Shown one piece after another: positions 12,560-26,314 of a DNA stretch of 64,000 bases. A model generated the notes under the pieces. The model made no database searches. It saw only the letters and a list, made by a program, of their open reading frames with translations, and was not told where the DNA came from. Source of the DNA: Eledone cirrhosa. Lineage: Eukaryota. The DNA is taken from NCBI GenBank assembly GCA_964016885.1, contig OZ024742.1:79174001-79238000 (forward strand), in the 5' to 3' direction. The stretch's first letter is position 1, and each line of letters starts with the position of its first letter. Position numbers and translations under genes: made by a program.

Positions 12560-13760
12560 ATTTAGCTTTTTATCAATGTCTCCTTCTATCATTTCATCAC
12601 CTTCTGCATCTAAGCTGACACTAGTACACCCTACTCATCCTCCAAGTGGTTATCTTCTGTTCCATTCAATTTATTACTGATGCCAGCCTTTAAAAAATCT
12701 CTTGGCAACTATATTTTCTGGTAAACCGTTTCAAGTTCCTGGTGATAACAGTAGAAAGGCCAAGTCGTTTGCAATTTCCTCTCACATTTTTCTACTTCAT
12801 TGAATGACATATATGATATCCAGTGCTTCATGACGTTAACCATAAATGGTTTTTTCAAAATAACATTAAAGGAGTGAAGAACCCGTTTCAAACCACACCG
12901 GATTACAGCTTGCTGTAGTTTCATATAATTCAATACATGTTTCGATGGGTCAGTAAGTTAGGCTGTAAATTGGCCTCACTCCTGAACTGCAGGATTCTTT
13001 AAAATGTACTGCAGGTTTTTAAGACCTACTTTCCGCCATCATAAATATGTCTTCTCCATCCACTCGGCCTTTAGAGTAGCAGGGAGCAATAAGCCCCGGA
13101 GAAAAACTTTCACTTTGTAGAATTGTCTTCTAAAAATAACCATAGCATTTAGTTTGGTTCCAACACCTAAACAACATACTACTACATCAATTAATATTAT
13201 CATGTCCTGTTATAAATTGGATAGTTTTACTTTCTTTTTATCCAGTCTTCTATTTTCTTGTATATAAAATAAATAAATACAACAAAATAAATAAATAAAA
13301 ACATGGGTGTCTCATTCATGTTTCCAATTTCAGTTAGTTAAGTCATTCTACATTCCCACTTTTGTTAGAAATCAATGAAGTTGCTCAATCTTATAACAGT
13401 CAGACGGAAGATTTTATATTTTGTCTTCTTTTCTGAAGTTGAGTTCAAATTTTTCATTCTCAAAAAAATCTGGTACGACATATTTGATAAAATGAAAGAT
13501 TGACTAACTACAGATTTCACATCTTATTACAGAATATTTGCCTGTAAATGTATATGCAATGCTGTTGCAAAATAACAATCTTTTCTCTTGTCTTCAGCCC
13601 TTTCAGTTAATTCTTTCCCAGTTCTAGCTATTTGGTCTATTTCTTCGAGATTATAATACTGCTTGACGTTTTCTGCAGCAGTTCTTCGTTCATTCTCTAT
13701 AACCGAATGTTGTTCTCAACCACACCAGATACTCTGCAGTTTTTGTTCTCAGCAAATTCT
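12560..13760 (-). pseudogene. Decayed pogo-type DDE transposase (Tc1/mariner superfamily)
   Basis: Reverse-strand motifs EIGNMNETPMF (~13299-13331, cf. IGNMDETP), GTKLNAMVIFRR, and AVIRCGLKRVLHSFNVILKKPF (cf. AVIPGGLTSxLQPLDVSLNKPF). Many stops and frameshifts. Confidence 0.75.
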
Positions 13761-14149
13761 TTCTTTTTTTTTCTTATCCTTTATTTCGTGTATAAATTTA
13801 AAATATAAAAAAGTGCATAAAATATATGATACACTATTTACAAAGAAGAGAATAAAAAGTTCTTAGGAATGGAATGAAGTTGTTCGTAATTGAGAATGTG
13901 CTAATCAGGCTAGTGAGGCCATCGAGGAGGATTATATAGTAAAAAAAGTATTATCCTTTTAATGACGGCCTGTAAAAGAAGCACTTTATGCAAAAGTCAG
14001 TTTTTATTTACAAATTTTACAATGAAAACAATAGACCTTTTATCCATATTTTTTTTATTATAAATGACTATACTGAAGAATTTTTGTTCACTAATTGGAC
14101 ATATTAGTAATGTAACTTTTACATTTTAAACTGTAATGTTTTAATTATA

Positions 14150-14420
14150 TAATTGTTTCTACTTTTTGGCACAAGACCAGCGATTATTCCAGTGTATTAC
14201 TGGTACTATATTTTATCGACCCCGTAAGAATGAAAGGCAAAGTTAACCTCGGCAGGATTTGAACTCAGACCATAAAGGGCCGTAACTCTTTGCTGCAAAG
14301 CATGGCGTCCGACCCTCTACCGATACTGCCAATAATTGTTTCTACTTTTTGGCACAAAGCCAGCAATTCACCAGTACATTACTGGTACTTTATTTCATCG
14401 ACCCCGTAAGGAGGAAAGGC
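14150..14420 (-). mobile_element. Two tandem SINE family 1 copies
   Basis: The core motif occurs twice (near 14215 and 14395). Confidence 0.85.
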
Positions 14421-14604
14421 AATGACATTAAATCAGTAAGTGTATAACCGAATACCACCATCTTATGAACAGACACAACAATTACCACTGGATATAATTG
14501 CTACGGTGTTTCGTGTGGAAATGCTAGATAGTCATATAGGTGCCAAGATTTTCAAATTTAAAGATGAATGATAATGAGGATTTATAAATCGTCATTGAAA
14601 TGGT

Positions 14605-15112
14605 AAGATCAGTTTTAGTTCCATGTCAAACTTCAAAAGTATAGTAACCAACAAACTCCAACTACATAACTTAGCCGTGTACTCTTGTCGGAACAGAGAT
14701 ACATGCTCACTAGATGGGGCCTGTAAAACAGACTGTAATCTATGAAGCAACAGTCACAATAACAAACCCAAACTCAAGTGATATGTTGGGCTAAACTAGC
14801 GTGTGTAATGAGCGCTATAATAAACATATGACGTCTTTCCGTTTCCATGAGAATAGGCAAATAAACCTCTCCACATACGTCTGGAAACTGGAAAAGGATT
14901 CTGTGGGACACTGCATTAGCTAGATGATTACAGAATGACGCAGACCCTATATCAAGAGAACCACGAAATGAAGGTTCTGCAGCGGTGAGAGTTGGCTAAT
15001 ATTGAAGAATTCATTAGACCCTAACACCTGTCTTAATGCTAGAAGTGAACTATGGAAACTTTACCCGCACTGTACGAAATTCGCCCTTTGCTTCTGGCTT
15101 ACACGTAAATAG
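14605..15112 (+). pseudogene. Penelope-like element GIY-YIG endonuclease region, decayed
   Basis: KISFSSMSNF..SCRNRDTCSLDGAC / VIYEATV / YVG / ERYNKHMTSF..LSTYVWKLE..K*RFCSGE..LNARSE..H. This is the Cys-rich linker plus GIY-YIG pattern of PLEs, with frameshifts and stops. Confidence 0.85.
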
Positions 15113-15800
15113 ACGCTCACGTCAAACCAGGAGGAGCGCACCTCGCATCCAACGTATATATGTACAACATCGTTACCCACTAGACATATAAGGGAAATGA
15201 CTGGATATCAAGTGAAAATATATATAAATGATAGTCATCAGTTCAACATGGCCTTCCTTTTACTATATATTTCACCAATTTCCAGCATTTTGAAAAAGTC
15301 AAATGAGTCTCACAAGGGAATACTGTTCCCAGATCCGGGTTGGGGCTGATGATACACTCTGTGTCATCCTCAACTGTACCCAAAGAAAGCCCATCTGACT
15401 GGTTGGCATGAAGTTCTTCGGCAATATATCCTAATTTATCGTCCATAAATATGCTGTTTTCTCACTCGCTTCCTTCTCTAACTCTACTATAGTAGTATCT
15501 CCTCCTATAAACTGTCTGGCTTCATGCCACCTTTCCCCAGGCAGTTCTGACATACTCGTCGCTCTCCACCTGTTATTCATACTCTATTTAAACTCCAGAC
15601 ACCACTCTAATCATTCTACCCAATCCTTCCGCCCTAGAACGTCAACCCTCTTGAAACCATGACCTTAGTTCAGGAGCCGAACTTCCCAATCACTAAACCA
15701 GCCGCCATCATTTGTGTCCTTGCGTCTATATGTCTGCATCTGCAGAGTATATTCTAGGTGTGATGGGTGAGCGCTGCACACCTTACAACGTTGGTTAATT

Positions 15801-15807
<7 letters not shown>

Positions 15808-15896
<89 letters not shown>
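15808..15896. repeat. (AG)n microsatellite
   Basis: Perfect dinucleotide run. Confidence 0.95.
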
Positions 15897-15899
<3 letters not shown>

Positions 15900-16019
15900 G
15901 GAATGAGAAAGAGATATAGAGGAAAATCAGCCCTAGACTGGTACTTTTTTATCGACCTCGAATGGATGAAAGGCAAAGTTGACCTTGATAATTAGATTAG
16001 ATATATATATTTCTAAATC

Positions 16020-17800
16020 GTTAAGCTTTTGTCGCTTAACAACGTTGTGTAAATATCCAAAACGGTGGATAGGTTCGTATGGTGTTATGACTTGTCGAAT
16101 GATTTGGTATGTGGGCATGTCTCTGTTGATGTGGCAATTTCCAGCACCGGTTAGAACTTTTCCGAACACCAATAGTTCGGATTTGATCTAGCGTTCAGTC
16201 AAGTTGTCCAAATGCTGGTCTCAACATAGCTACAACAAACACATTGTGGGACTCTGATTTATTGTGCGCAGAGAGTTCAGAAGGCCATATATTTCTTCCA
16301 GGTAACCAGGTCAAGGTTTTTATTCTTACCATTTGTATTCTGGGCATAAAGTTCCAAGTCATTCTTAACGAAGCTACGTGTTAGGTTTGTTTTTCTTACC
16401 TCCTGTGAACCAATTACATATCTTTCATATTTCTTTAGCAAAATGGAGAAGGGTATTACTGACAGTATAAAGAGCACCACAAAGCGACTGTCTCCTTGAA
16501 ATATTCTATTTTCTCAGTAACAATATAATTCAACTCTGTATTTAAATTCAGGATAGTGGCCCCAGGAAAAAAATAGGTTCTCTGTGGCTCTGCTTATGGT
16601 ATCTGGGACTTTAGCAAGTTAAAGGGCCTCTAGCATCCAAGAGTGGGGATAAAATCGAATGATTTCCTGAAGTCCAGCCAGACTGTAACCAAATTTCCCC
16701 TACGTCACACCTCAAAACTCCTTTCTTCCAAGCTGCTTGCTAATCTATGATGATATTTTTATTGTCACTGTGATTTTTTTTCTAACCCTATATTTTTCTC
16801 CAGAAGGAATTTATGTATTTTTCTGCGATGAGCTCCAGTGACATTTATTTATCTGCCCCTCATAAATCTATAGTCTGATGCTTGGTTCCGTCTGAATCTT
16901 ATATTAATCATTTTCCTTTTAGCCACTCTCTCCTGGTATCGTGGTTTCTCGCTGAAAGCTCTCAATTCTTGTTTGAGGGCCATCAACTTGAAATAAAGCG
17001 TTCTACTTATACTATCTCCAAGCATCATTTCAATTTTATTTTTCACTCTTTAATGGTGAGGAGTTTATTTTTTGTTTTTGGTTACATTTGATAAGTATTG
17101 GCCGATAATTTTTCGTAGGTCAAGGATTTTTTTCTTCTAATTTTGTTATACATGATATTTTATAAGTTCATACTCTTCACTTTCCCAGCTAATTCTTGGT
17201 ATTTTGATGTTGATGTGACTGCGAGATATAGCAGTCGAGGTACAGTCAGTTGTGACACGTGGTGTCAAATTTGTCACCAGCATGGCTGTTTCAAAATACC
17301 TAGTAACATGGCAGCCTGTTGTTACACGTGTTGAATGCATGCCAGATCTAGGAGAATACTAATTTAGTATTGTTCTTTGTAAAGGTTTCACACTTTCATT
17401 ATTGTTCTGAATAATTTTACGTTCGAAAAACCTTGCTTGTTAAGCGTAATTGTTTGGCTGTCAAATAATTTAGCTCTGGGTGAAATTCATCCTAGTGTAG
17501 ATTCATTCTGTTTATAAAACCGTCAGAGGGATGATTTTTGCCATTTCATAACAACTAAGTCATTATTGAGTTCGTAACTCCAAGAAAAATGCGATTTATA
17601 GTTTCGGTTCCTTCTGTAACTATAACTGCAAAGATTCTGTTTACCTTTCTCATTGTTGTTGTCATCGATTCTTCATTAGTGTTGTTGAGGTTGATGTTGT
17701 GTCCAGTCATGATCTTTGTAGCAAATCCCTGAAAGGTCAATTCAATCTTTAGATGGATATCTCTACGATTTCGAATGAAAGATGTCTTCTATGAATATCA
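16020..17800 (-). pseudogene. R4/Dong-type non-LTR retrotransposon RT remnant (internally deleted)
   Basis: Reverse-strand motifs NLVTVWLDFRKSFD..HSWMLEAL and IFQGDS..LFILSVIPFSILL..NDLELYA, plus an R4-like N-terminal segment ALKQELRAFSEKPRYQ..INIRFRRNQ. Confidence 0.8.
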
Positions 17801-17805
17801 TTAGA

Positions 17806-17980
17806 ATAATTGTTTCTATTTTCGGCACAAGGCCAGCAATTATCCCAGTGCATTACTGGTACTTTATTTTATCGACCCGGTAAGGATGAAAGGCAAAGTT
17901 ATCCTCGTTGGGATTTGAACTCAGACCGTAAAGAGTCGTAATTGTATGTTGCAAAGCATGGCGTCCAACCCTCTACCGAA
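17806..17980 (-). mobile_element. tRNA-derived SINE family 1
   Basis: Core and B box. Confidence 0.9.
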
Positions 17981-18137
17981 GGCTGATAGTTGTGGCATTA
18001 TTGTTGGAAATTTAATGAATAGTCACCCACGCCGTATGTGCGAGGGCACGCCACGAAGGATATGCATGTATTTATGTATGTATGCATGTATGCATGCACG
18101 CATGTATTTATGTATGTATTATGTACGTATGTATGTT

Positions 18138-18625
18138 CTCTTTCTCTTATTTTCGAGTACATTTTTGAACGGCCACCTTCCTAGTGGCAAGGTTGTAAAA
18201 GAAAACAAATTGTCATCCCTTGAATCGCAAGAATATTTTGCAAATTTTGATGGTGCCAGATATTGCGACTATTTGTGGTCTATGAATTAGGGAGCTGTAC
18301 TCTTTGTCCACAAATCCAAGTTCAGTGAGACTTTGGAACAAGCGGGTTGGTATAACCTGTAGCTCCAATAATAATAGATATGAAGCTGAAGGTGTATCTT
18401 GGATACTGGATCTGCAAACTCCTCATCAATTGTCCGTAGATGTCCTCCTTCGCTGTATTGTTCTTATAACGTTGACATCAAGTGGGCAGCTGATCTCTAC
18501 AATAGAGCACGTTTTCAATGGGTGGTCCCAAACAACAATATCAGGCCGGTTGTGCTTTAATTTGGTGGCAGTTTATATTTTCAAGTACCACCAGTATTGC
18601 TTAGTGCCATCTATCTCAACACATT
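18138..18625 (-). pseudogene. R4/Dong-type restriction-like endonuclease and 3' end
   Basis: Reverse strand reads KHNRPDIVVWDHPLKTCSIVEISCPLDVN..KEDIYGQL..IIIGATG..ISGTIKICKIFL. A short 3' UTR ends in (CATA)n. Confidence 0.85.
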
Positions 18626-18770
18626 CCTGCTCATTTGTTTTTGTATGTATGTATGTATGTATGTATGTATGTATGTATGTATGTATGTATGTATGTATGT
18701 ATGTATATATGTATGTATGTATGTATGTATGCATGTATGTATGTATTTATGCATGCATGCATGTATGTAC

Positions 18771-18873
<103 letters not shown>

Positions 18874-19362
18874 TGTGTGTTTGTGTGTTTGTGTGTGTGT
18901 GTGTTCCAGAATCATTAGGACATCGGACAAAATGTCTTGCGGCATATGTTCTGGCTCTTCACGTTTTGTGTTTAAATCCCGCCAAATACAATTTTGACTT
19001 TTACCGTTCCGGGGACAATAAAATGAAGTAGCAATACCAATCAAATACTGTGTTCAGTTTAATCGGCTGTAAATTAGGAACTGGTGTCCCTCAAGACAAC
19101 GCAACGTTATCTTCAACTGCTTATTGCCTACACCTGAGACAAGACTTGGATAAAAATGGCACTGAACAAAGAGGGACCTATTGAATGGGTAGCTGCTAGT
19201 ATACCAGGTAACCTTGTCCAAGCCATGATCCTGGAAAGTACATACCTGTTTCGCCTCAACGTGATCTTCCAATATAGACTATAGCAACATTTTCTTCCCT
19301 ATTTTCCCCGTTCCTTCTCTCACCACTCTTTATTTTCTATTTATCTTCTATTTCTAACTCTA

Positions 19363-19398
19363 TCTTCTGATGAAAGTCTAGTGTCCGAAACGTTAAGA
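19363..19398 (+). ncRNA. Minimal Penelope-type hammerhead motif
   Basis: tctt-CTGATGA-aagtctagtgtcc-GAAACGTT-aaga, following a pyrimidine-rich tract. Palindromic AACGTT is present but stem II is weak. Confidence 0.5.
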
Positions 19399-20042
19399 CA
19401 CTCTTCCTTCTATTTCAAGCGTTAAACTAATATATTATTTCTATGTACTGTGACGTTTGTTTTGCTATTTTTATTATTTCTGTTTACCTTTTTCCAATGT
19501 ATAATGTTGAGGTGCCTCTGTGGCAATGAGATGGATCCCAGTCGGTGGCGAGCGGAAAGAAGGGACACACAAGAAAATCGGGCGCTCAAATTTCCGAGAA
19601 GATCTCCAGAGTATTGGACTGGACTGGAAAACTATGTCGGAGCTGATCGTGTATATTGGAGAAGACTCATTGCCCAATATTCCCCAGGGCATAGGCGGAC
19701 CTAAGTCTAATATATATATATATATAAAGAGTAAAGACCTGCTTCATGAATGACCATGGGATTTGCACATAGGAATTTGTTCCTCGCGGTACATGTTCAG
19801 GCAAGTTTATTTGTGTAAGACCAGCAGTGACCCATGCATACCGGCCTACGATGTTGTGCACGAGAAAGACAAAGAGTGATACAACTCTGCACCACTGACG
19901 TCGCATCGCATTTCTACAGCTGAGTTCACTGGACCAGGGGAAATAAAGTGACTTGCTCAAGGATACAACACCCCACCCAATCCGGCAACCGAACTCGCAA
20001 CCTCATGATTGTAAGCCCGACGCTCTAGACACTAAACCATCC

Positions 20043-20105
<63 letters not shown>

Positions 20106-20407
20106 ACATTCATACATACATACATACATACACACACACATATATATATATATATATGTATATGTGTGTGTCCATCTGTGTGGAAATTGAACACTTACAC
20201 ACATACATACATGAAAGGAAAGAGCAGGCTAGTAGATAACAACACATTTAGTTCAATGTATATATAGATCAATAGATCATGACATAAGTTGACATGTAAT
20301 AGGTAAGTGCATAAAGTGATCGTTTGTTGATTAGTTAGTGTGTTAGATATATCGAATCACACAGGTTTATTACACATCCTATCTTTCACCGAATTCACCC
20401 TCTAAAG

Positions 20408-20562
20408 CAAGGCTTCCCAAACGTTTTCAAACGTGGAACCCGTTTTGGTTCAGAAACTTTTGGAGGAACCCCAAAGTCAAATACTGTTATATGGTTGTAA
20501 TATAAATATACTCCTCTACCTTTTTTCACGTAAACCCAGACATTCCTTTGCGGAACCCTCTG
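20408..20562. mobile_element. hAT (Charlie-like) MITE 1
   Basis: Starts caaggcttcccaaac and ends ctg. Flanked by the 8-bp repeat ctctaaag (20400-20407 and 20563-20570). Confidence 0.65.
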
Positions 20563-20570
20563 CTCTAAAG

Positions 20571-20863
20571 TAACGTTTCTTAACTGGTGTTCCCCGAAAC
20601 CCTAGGGTTCCACAAGATCGCTAGGTTTTCCAAGAGAAACAGTGATAAATAATCTAATGCATTTATCTTTAGTAATTTTCGTTTAATTTTATATTCGTAA
20701 TTTTATTATACATATACGACATGTTGGAAAATCCTTGGTTATTATAATAAAGGCTTCAACCTCTAAAAGAGATAGATATTAATAAAGGTATATAATCATT
20801 TTTATCCGGGGGTTCTCTGAGACAGGAAAAGTACCGCAAGTGTAAAACGATTGAGAAAGGCTG
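20571..20863. mobile_element. hAT (Charlie-like) MITE 2
   Basis: Degenerate TIRs taacgtttcttaa / ttgagaaaggctg. Flanked by ctctaaag (20563-20570 and 20864-20871). Confidence 0.65.
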
Positions 20864-22204
20864 CTCTAAAGAATGAATAGATTTCTAACAAAGAAACAAT
20901 AGTCCAATTCAATGTTGATAACGATAACAGCAAAATCTTTTATTATTTTACTAGTTTCATCCATTGGACTGTTGCTATGCTACGGCACTACCTTCAAAGG
21001 ATTTAATCAATCACATTGACCCAGGTATTTATTTAATCGATCTCTTTTTGTCAAATAGCTAAGTTTCAGAACTTAAATAAATACAGTCATTGGCATACAC
21101 ACATGCATGCATAAGCACAGACAAAGTCACACATACATATATGCCGGGCTTCAGTACAGTGTGCGTCTACAAAACTTCACTTACAATATATTTTGTCAAC
21201 ACGTGGTTATGGTAGAAAACGCTTGTTAAAGGTACCACGCAATGGAATACTTCAACCACGCAGCTATGCCTGCGCCTAAGTTAAGTTAGAAATTCTAGTA
21301 CATTTTTACCTTTTCGTAAATGGGTTGCATTTGCAAAGTGCGTCTTAGCTGGTAACTTTCTTTGCCGGTTAATCTTAGCTTTACGACATTGTCACATAAG
21401 TGTTTTACAACGGAACCAAGCATATCAATAATAATAGGTATACATTTGAATTTATAATATAGGCGAAAGCAGTGCTGGTGCTACCAATAAGCTCAACGAG
21501 GGAGCCGGCTAAGGCACAGATCTCACAGAGGCGCATTACTGAAACTTAAAGGATCACTGTTTTATATGAATGCATATAATCAGATGTATAAGAATTTCTG
21601 GTGATCAATAAAATAGATCGCTAAACATATTTGCCGTGTAGCAGAGTTGTAGAAAGATCTAAAGCGACAAAGAGCGTCGTATAGTGTTATAGGATGTCAC
21701 GTTATTTGGCGAAGTGGACTGTGTTGTGGATAATGCAGGCTTAGTGTCAGAGCAAGAAATGTCCCAAACTAGGATCGTCAGCTTACCAATGTGTAAGTTT
21801 ATTTTATTTGGGAAAATGTAGTGCATAGCATTTTAGAGCTACCCAAGGGTTCAAAATACACAGGTGATGGATTGGGTTGCAAGTGTACGTAAATATTCTC
21901 TTTCTCATTCATTTTGATACTAAGGTTTCATTCTGTTTCAAACATGTATGTATGTATGTATGTATGTATGTATGTATGTATGTATGTATGTATGTATGTA
22001 TGTATGTATGTATGCATACTTATGGTATCCAATGATGTTGACTTGTTCTTCTTTTTGGTAAATATCATCTTGGTTAAGAGAGTGGGACTGGCTTTGTGCA
22101 GTGCCTTTGCTCACTATAAAAGCTTCACGGCACAGGCATTGCTTTATATCTGGAGATCTCTCTGCACTTGTCGTCACATGGTACCATGGGCCCAGCACTA
22201 TGTG

Positions 22205-22357
22205 TCAATAATTGTCACAAGTGTAGTGTTTGTACCAGAGTTTTCAAGTCGCTGGCTGGAGTAAAAAGTCACACTCGTTCAGCGCATCGGTAGGGGTTCT
22301 CCTACATGGATATAAAGTAGTGGCCGTACTCGAAAACGAGTTGGCAGCCATCACCAT
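22205..22357 (+). mobile_element. RTE-type LINE 3' end with C-terminal C2H2 zinc finger
   Basis: CSVCTRVFKSLAGVKSHTRSAHR* (22222-22293), then the hairpin actcgaaaacgagt and an (ATGT)n tail. Confidence 0.6.
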
Positions 22358-22480
22358 GTAAGTATGTATGTATGTATGCATGTATGTACGTACAAATGTA
22401 TGCATGTATACATGCATCTATGTATGTATGGTGCGTGTAGAACTCTAACAGACACACACGTACACACACACGCACACACG

Positions 22481-22541
<61 letters not shown>

Positions 22542-22652
22542 GATATATATGTAACCACTACATGTCAGAATCCCTCTTCCGCCCCCCTCTCTCGCTCTCT
22601 CTCTCTCTTTCTTTTTATACATATTCAATTATTATGGCTAAGTCAACTACAT

Positions 22653-22710
<58 letters not shown>

Positions 22711-22783
22711 GGAGATAAAGAAGTAATTTTAAATGCGAATAAAGATGTGCTTATCTGTTTGTGTTTGCTTTAGGGGGGGGGGG

Positions 22784-22848
<65 letters not shown>

Positions 22849-23450
22849 TAAAGAGATAAGAGTGAAGAAGTGAAGAAGTGGTGGTGGGGGCAGATTAAAA
22901 TTAGTATGGTATCATCTATCTGGGTGAAACAAAAACAATATAGATTTAATAAGCAATGACGACCAAATAGGATCTTAAAACGTATAAAACAATATAAAAA
23001 TATCACACACATACACATATACACACATATGTGTGTATATGATATATTTTTATAGGCTCCCGGGCAAAGTGATACACTGAAGCCTCTGCATGCACAACCA
23101 CATCACGCAGTGATTTAGAATGAGGTCCCTAAAACGGTGGAGGCCCCGGGCAACTTCACAGTGATTCTATGCCTTAAGACGGCTATATACATATATATAT
23201 ACATACATATATCATCATCATCATCATCATCAATATCGTTTAACGTTCATCTTCCACGCTAGCATGGGTTTGACGGGAGTTGTCCCACTTGCGGCAAAGT
23301 TGGTCGGGTAACCGTGTCTCGCTCATAACTATGTGTGTGTGTGTATATATATATATATATACACATATATAATATATATATATATATGTATATTTTATAC
23401 ATATATACATGCATATATAAATGTATACCTATATATATATATACATACAT

Positions 23451-23485
<35 letters not shown>

Positions 23486-23606
23486 CATACATATACACAC
23501 ACAGATATATATATATATATATTTCCAACTTCACCTTTTCTTTCTCTCTCTCTCTATATATATACATATATATTTATATATATAGATATATATGTGAGTG
23601 TGTGTA

Positions 23607-23641
<35 letters not shown>

Positions 23642-23714
23642 GTGTGTGTGTATATATATATAGGTATACATATATATATATGCATGTGTATATGTATAAA
23701 CATATACATATATA

Positions 23715-23862
<148 letters not shown>

Positions 23863-23894
23863 GGCTTTATGCTACAATATTTTTTATACCTTTC

Positions 23895-23937
<43 letters not shown>

Positions 23938-24011
23938 AACAAGTAAGACCCCGACGGCTGAGCTCAAGCCGTTTCGACGGCTAATTCTGGTTCCTTACCA
24001 CATTTCCTTCG

Positions 24012-24095
<84 letters not shown>

Positions 24096-24347
24096 ATATA
24101 TGTATATAGCCATCTTAAGGCATCGACACATATATGTGTGTGTGAGTGTGTGTGTGTTTACACATGTTCTATGTATTTGTGTGTATGTGAATGTACGAAT
24201 ATAGACAAGTAATACCAAGTAATACATACCTGTTTTCTCTTTAAATGTCCAGTAATATCCTACGTGAGATCGTGGTAGGGGTATCCACCTTCTTCACACT
24301 ATGTTCACGTTTGAATTTTTTTCTTTTGAAACTGCGCGAGTATGTAA

Positions 24348-24882
24348 GTCAGGAATTGTGTATGCGTGCCCGACACTGTGTGTATATCTTTTTATGTATG
24401 TATTTATGTCAGGATTGTGTATGCGTGCCCGACACTGTGTGTATATCTTTTTATGTATGTATTTATGTCAGGATTGTGTATACGTGCCCGACACTGTGTG
24501 TATATCTTTTTATGTATGTATTTATGTCAGGATTGTGTATACGTGCCCGAAACTGTGTGTATATCTTTTTATGTATGTATTTATGTCAAGATTGTGTATA
24601 CGTGCCCGACACTTTGTGTATATCTTTTTATGTATGTATTTATGTCAGGATTGTGTATACGTGCCCGAAACTGTGTGTATATCTTTTTATGTATGTATTT
24701 ATGTCAGGATTGTGTATACGTGCCCGAAACTGTGTGTATATCTTTTTATGTATCTATTTATGTCAGGATTGTGTATACGTGCCCGACACTGTGTGTATAT
24801 CTTTTTATGTATGTATTTATGTCAGGAATTGTGTGTGCGTGCCCGACACTGTGTGTATATCTTTTTATGTATGTATTTATGT
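24348..24882. repeat. 59-bp minisatellite, about 9 copies
   Basis: Unit gtcaggattgtgtatacgtgcccgacactgtgtgtatatctttttatgtatgtatttat, highly homogeneous. Confidence 0.95.
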
Positions 24883-25673
24883 TAGTATGTATGTTTCTAT
24901 GCACGTATGTATTTATATATATATATATTTATATGTACATATACGCACTCACACACGCATGTGTGTATGTGTATGCGTGTATGTGTGTATGTATATATCT
25001 ACACATATATATATATATGTATATAAATATATATATATGAGTGTATATATGAGTGTTAGGTGTATATATATATATAGATATGTATGTTTGCTTCTGAGTG
25101 AGTCTATCGGTCTCTCGTTTGTTTCATGAAATAGATAGTAATCAGATAGATAGATCGATAGATTTAAATTGAACAGGGATAATTGAGTTATTAAAATGAA
25201 GATGAAGAAAAATGTATCTCGGTTTCCATAGTAACAACGTTTTCTAAAATAAAGAAGACAACGAAGAAGAAAAAGGAAATAGCAACAACAACAATAACAA
25301 CAGCCAACCAAAAACAAACAAAATGTGAAAAGGTAGTAAGAGAAACAAAACTAGCACTGCGGCGTGTGAAGGAGAAAACTAAACTCTGCTGCTGCTGCTA
25401 TTGCTGCTGCTGTTGTTATTGCCGCCGCCGCTGTTGTTGCTGCTGCTGCTGTTTTTACTGTTGTTGTTATTGATTATGTCGTTGTTGTTGATGTTGTTAT
25501 TGATGCTGTTTTATTGTCCTTTTTTTATATGATACACCTCTCAATATCTATCGTAATATAGCCATAGTACTTCCTCTCTCGCTCTTTTACTCTCCCTCTC
25601 TAATTGTTTCTTTCTCTTTCACACACACACACACACTCTCTCTCTCTATATATATATATGCACGTATATATAT

Positions 25674-25732
<59 letters not shown>

Positions 25733-25867
25733 GTGTGTGTGTGTGTGTGTATATGTTTGTTTGTGTGTGTATGTGTTTGTATGTGTACGTGTATATGTAT
25801 GTATATATATATAGGTATATGTACATTTAGGTGTGAGCATGCTCATATATATGAGCATATGTGTATG

Positions 25868-25968
<101 letters not shown>

Positions 25969-26009
25969 GTGTGTGTGTGTGTGGTGTATATTTATATATA
26001 TATATATTC

Positions 26010-26052
<43 letters not shown>

Positions 26053-26263
26053 TACATATATATATTTCCTCTTGGTTGTTTGGAGTGCTAAAAACACAAA
26101 CTGGTTTATAAAACTGAAAAGAACAGGAATATTGAAGGATAAAGCTACTCTCTCAGTAGTTTCTTTTAACCCTTCTTTCACACATTCTCTCTCCTTAGCT
26201 CCCCCTCACTCTTTATGTCAGAATACACACACACACACACACGCATATATATATATGTATAAA

Positions 26264-26314
<51 letters not shown>

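Noticed and set aside
22222-22293. Host C2H2 zinc-finger gene exon
   Set aside because: A single finger followed by a stop, a hairpin and a microsatellite tail fits an RTE LINE 3' end better.
24348-24882. CRISPR-like regular array
   Set aside because: Whole units are repeated with no unique spacers, there are no cas genes, and the context is eukaryotic.
25222-25235. RFX X-box-like motif gtttccatagtaac
   Set aside because: A single degenerate match is plausible by chance in 64 kb, and no associated gene was identified.
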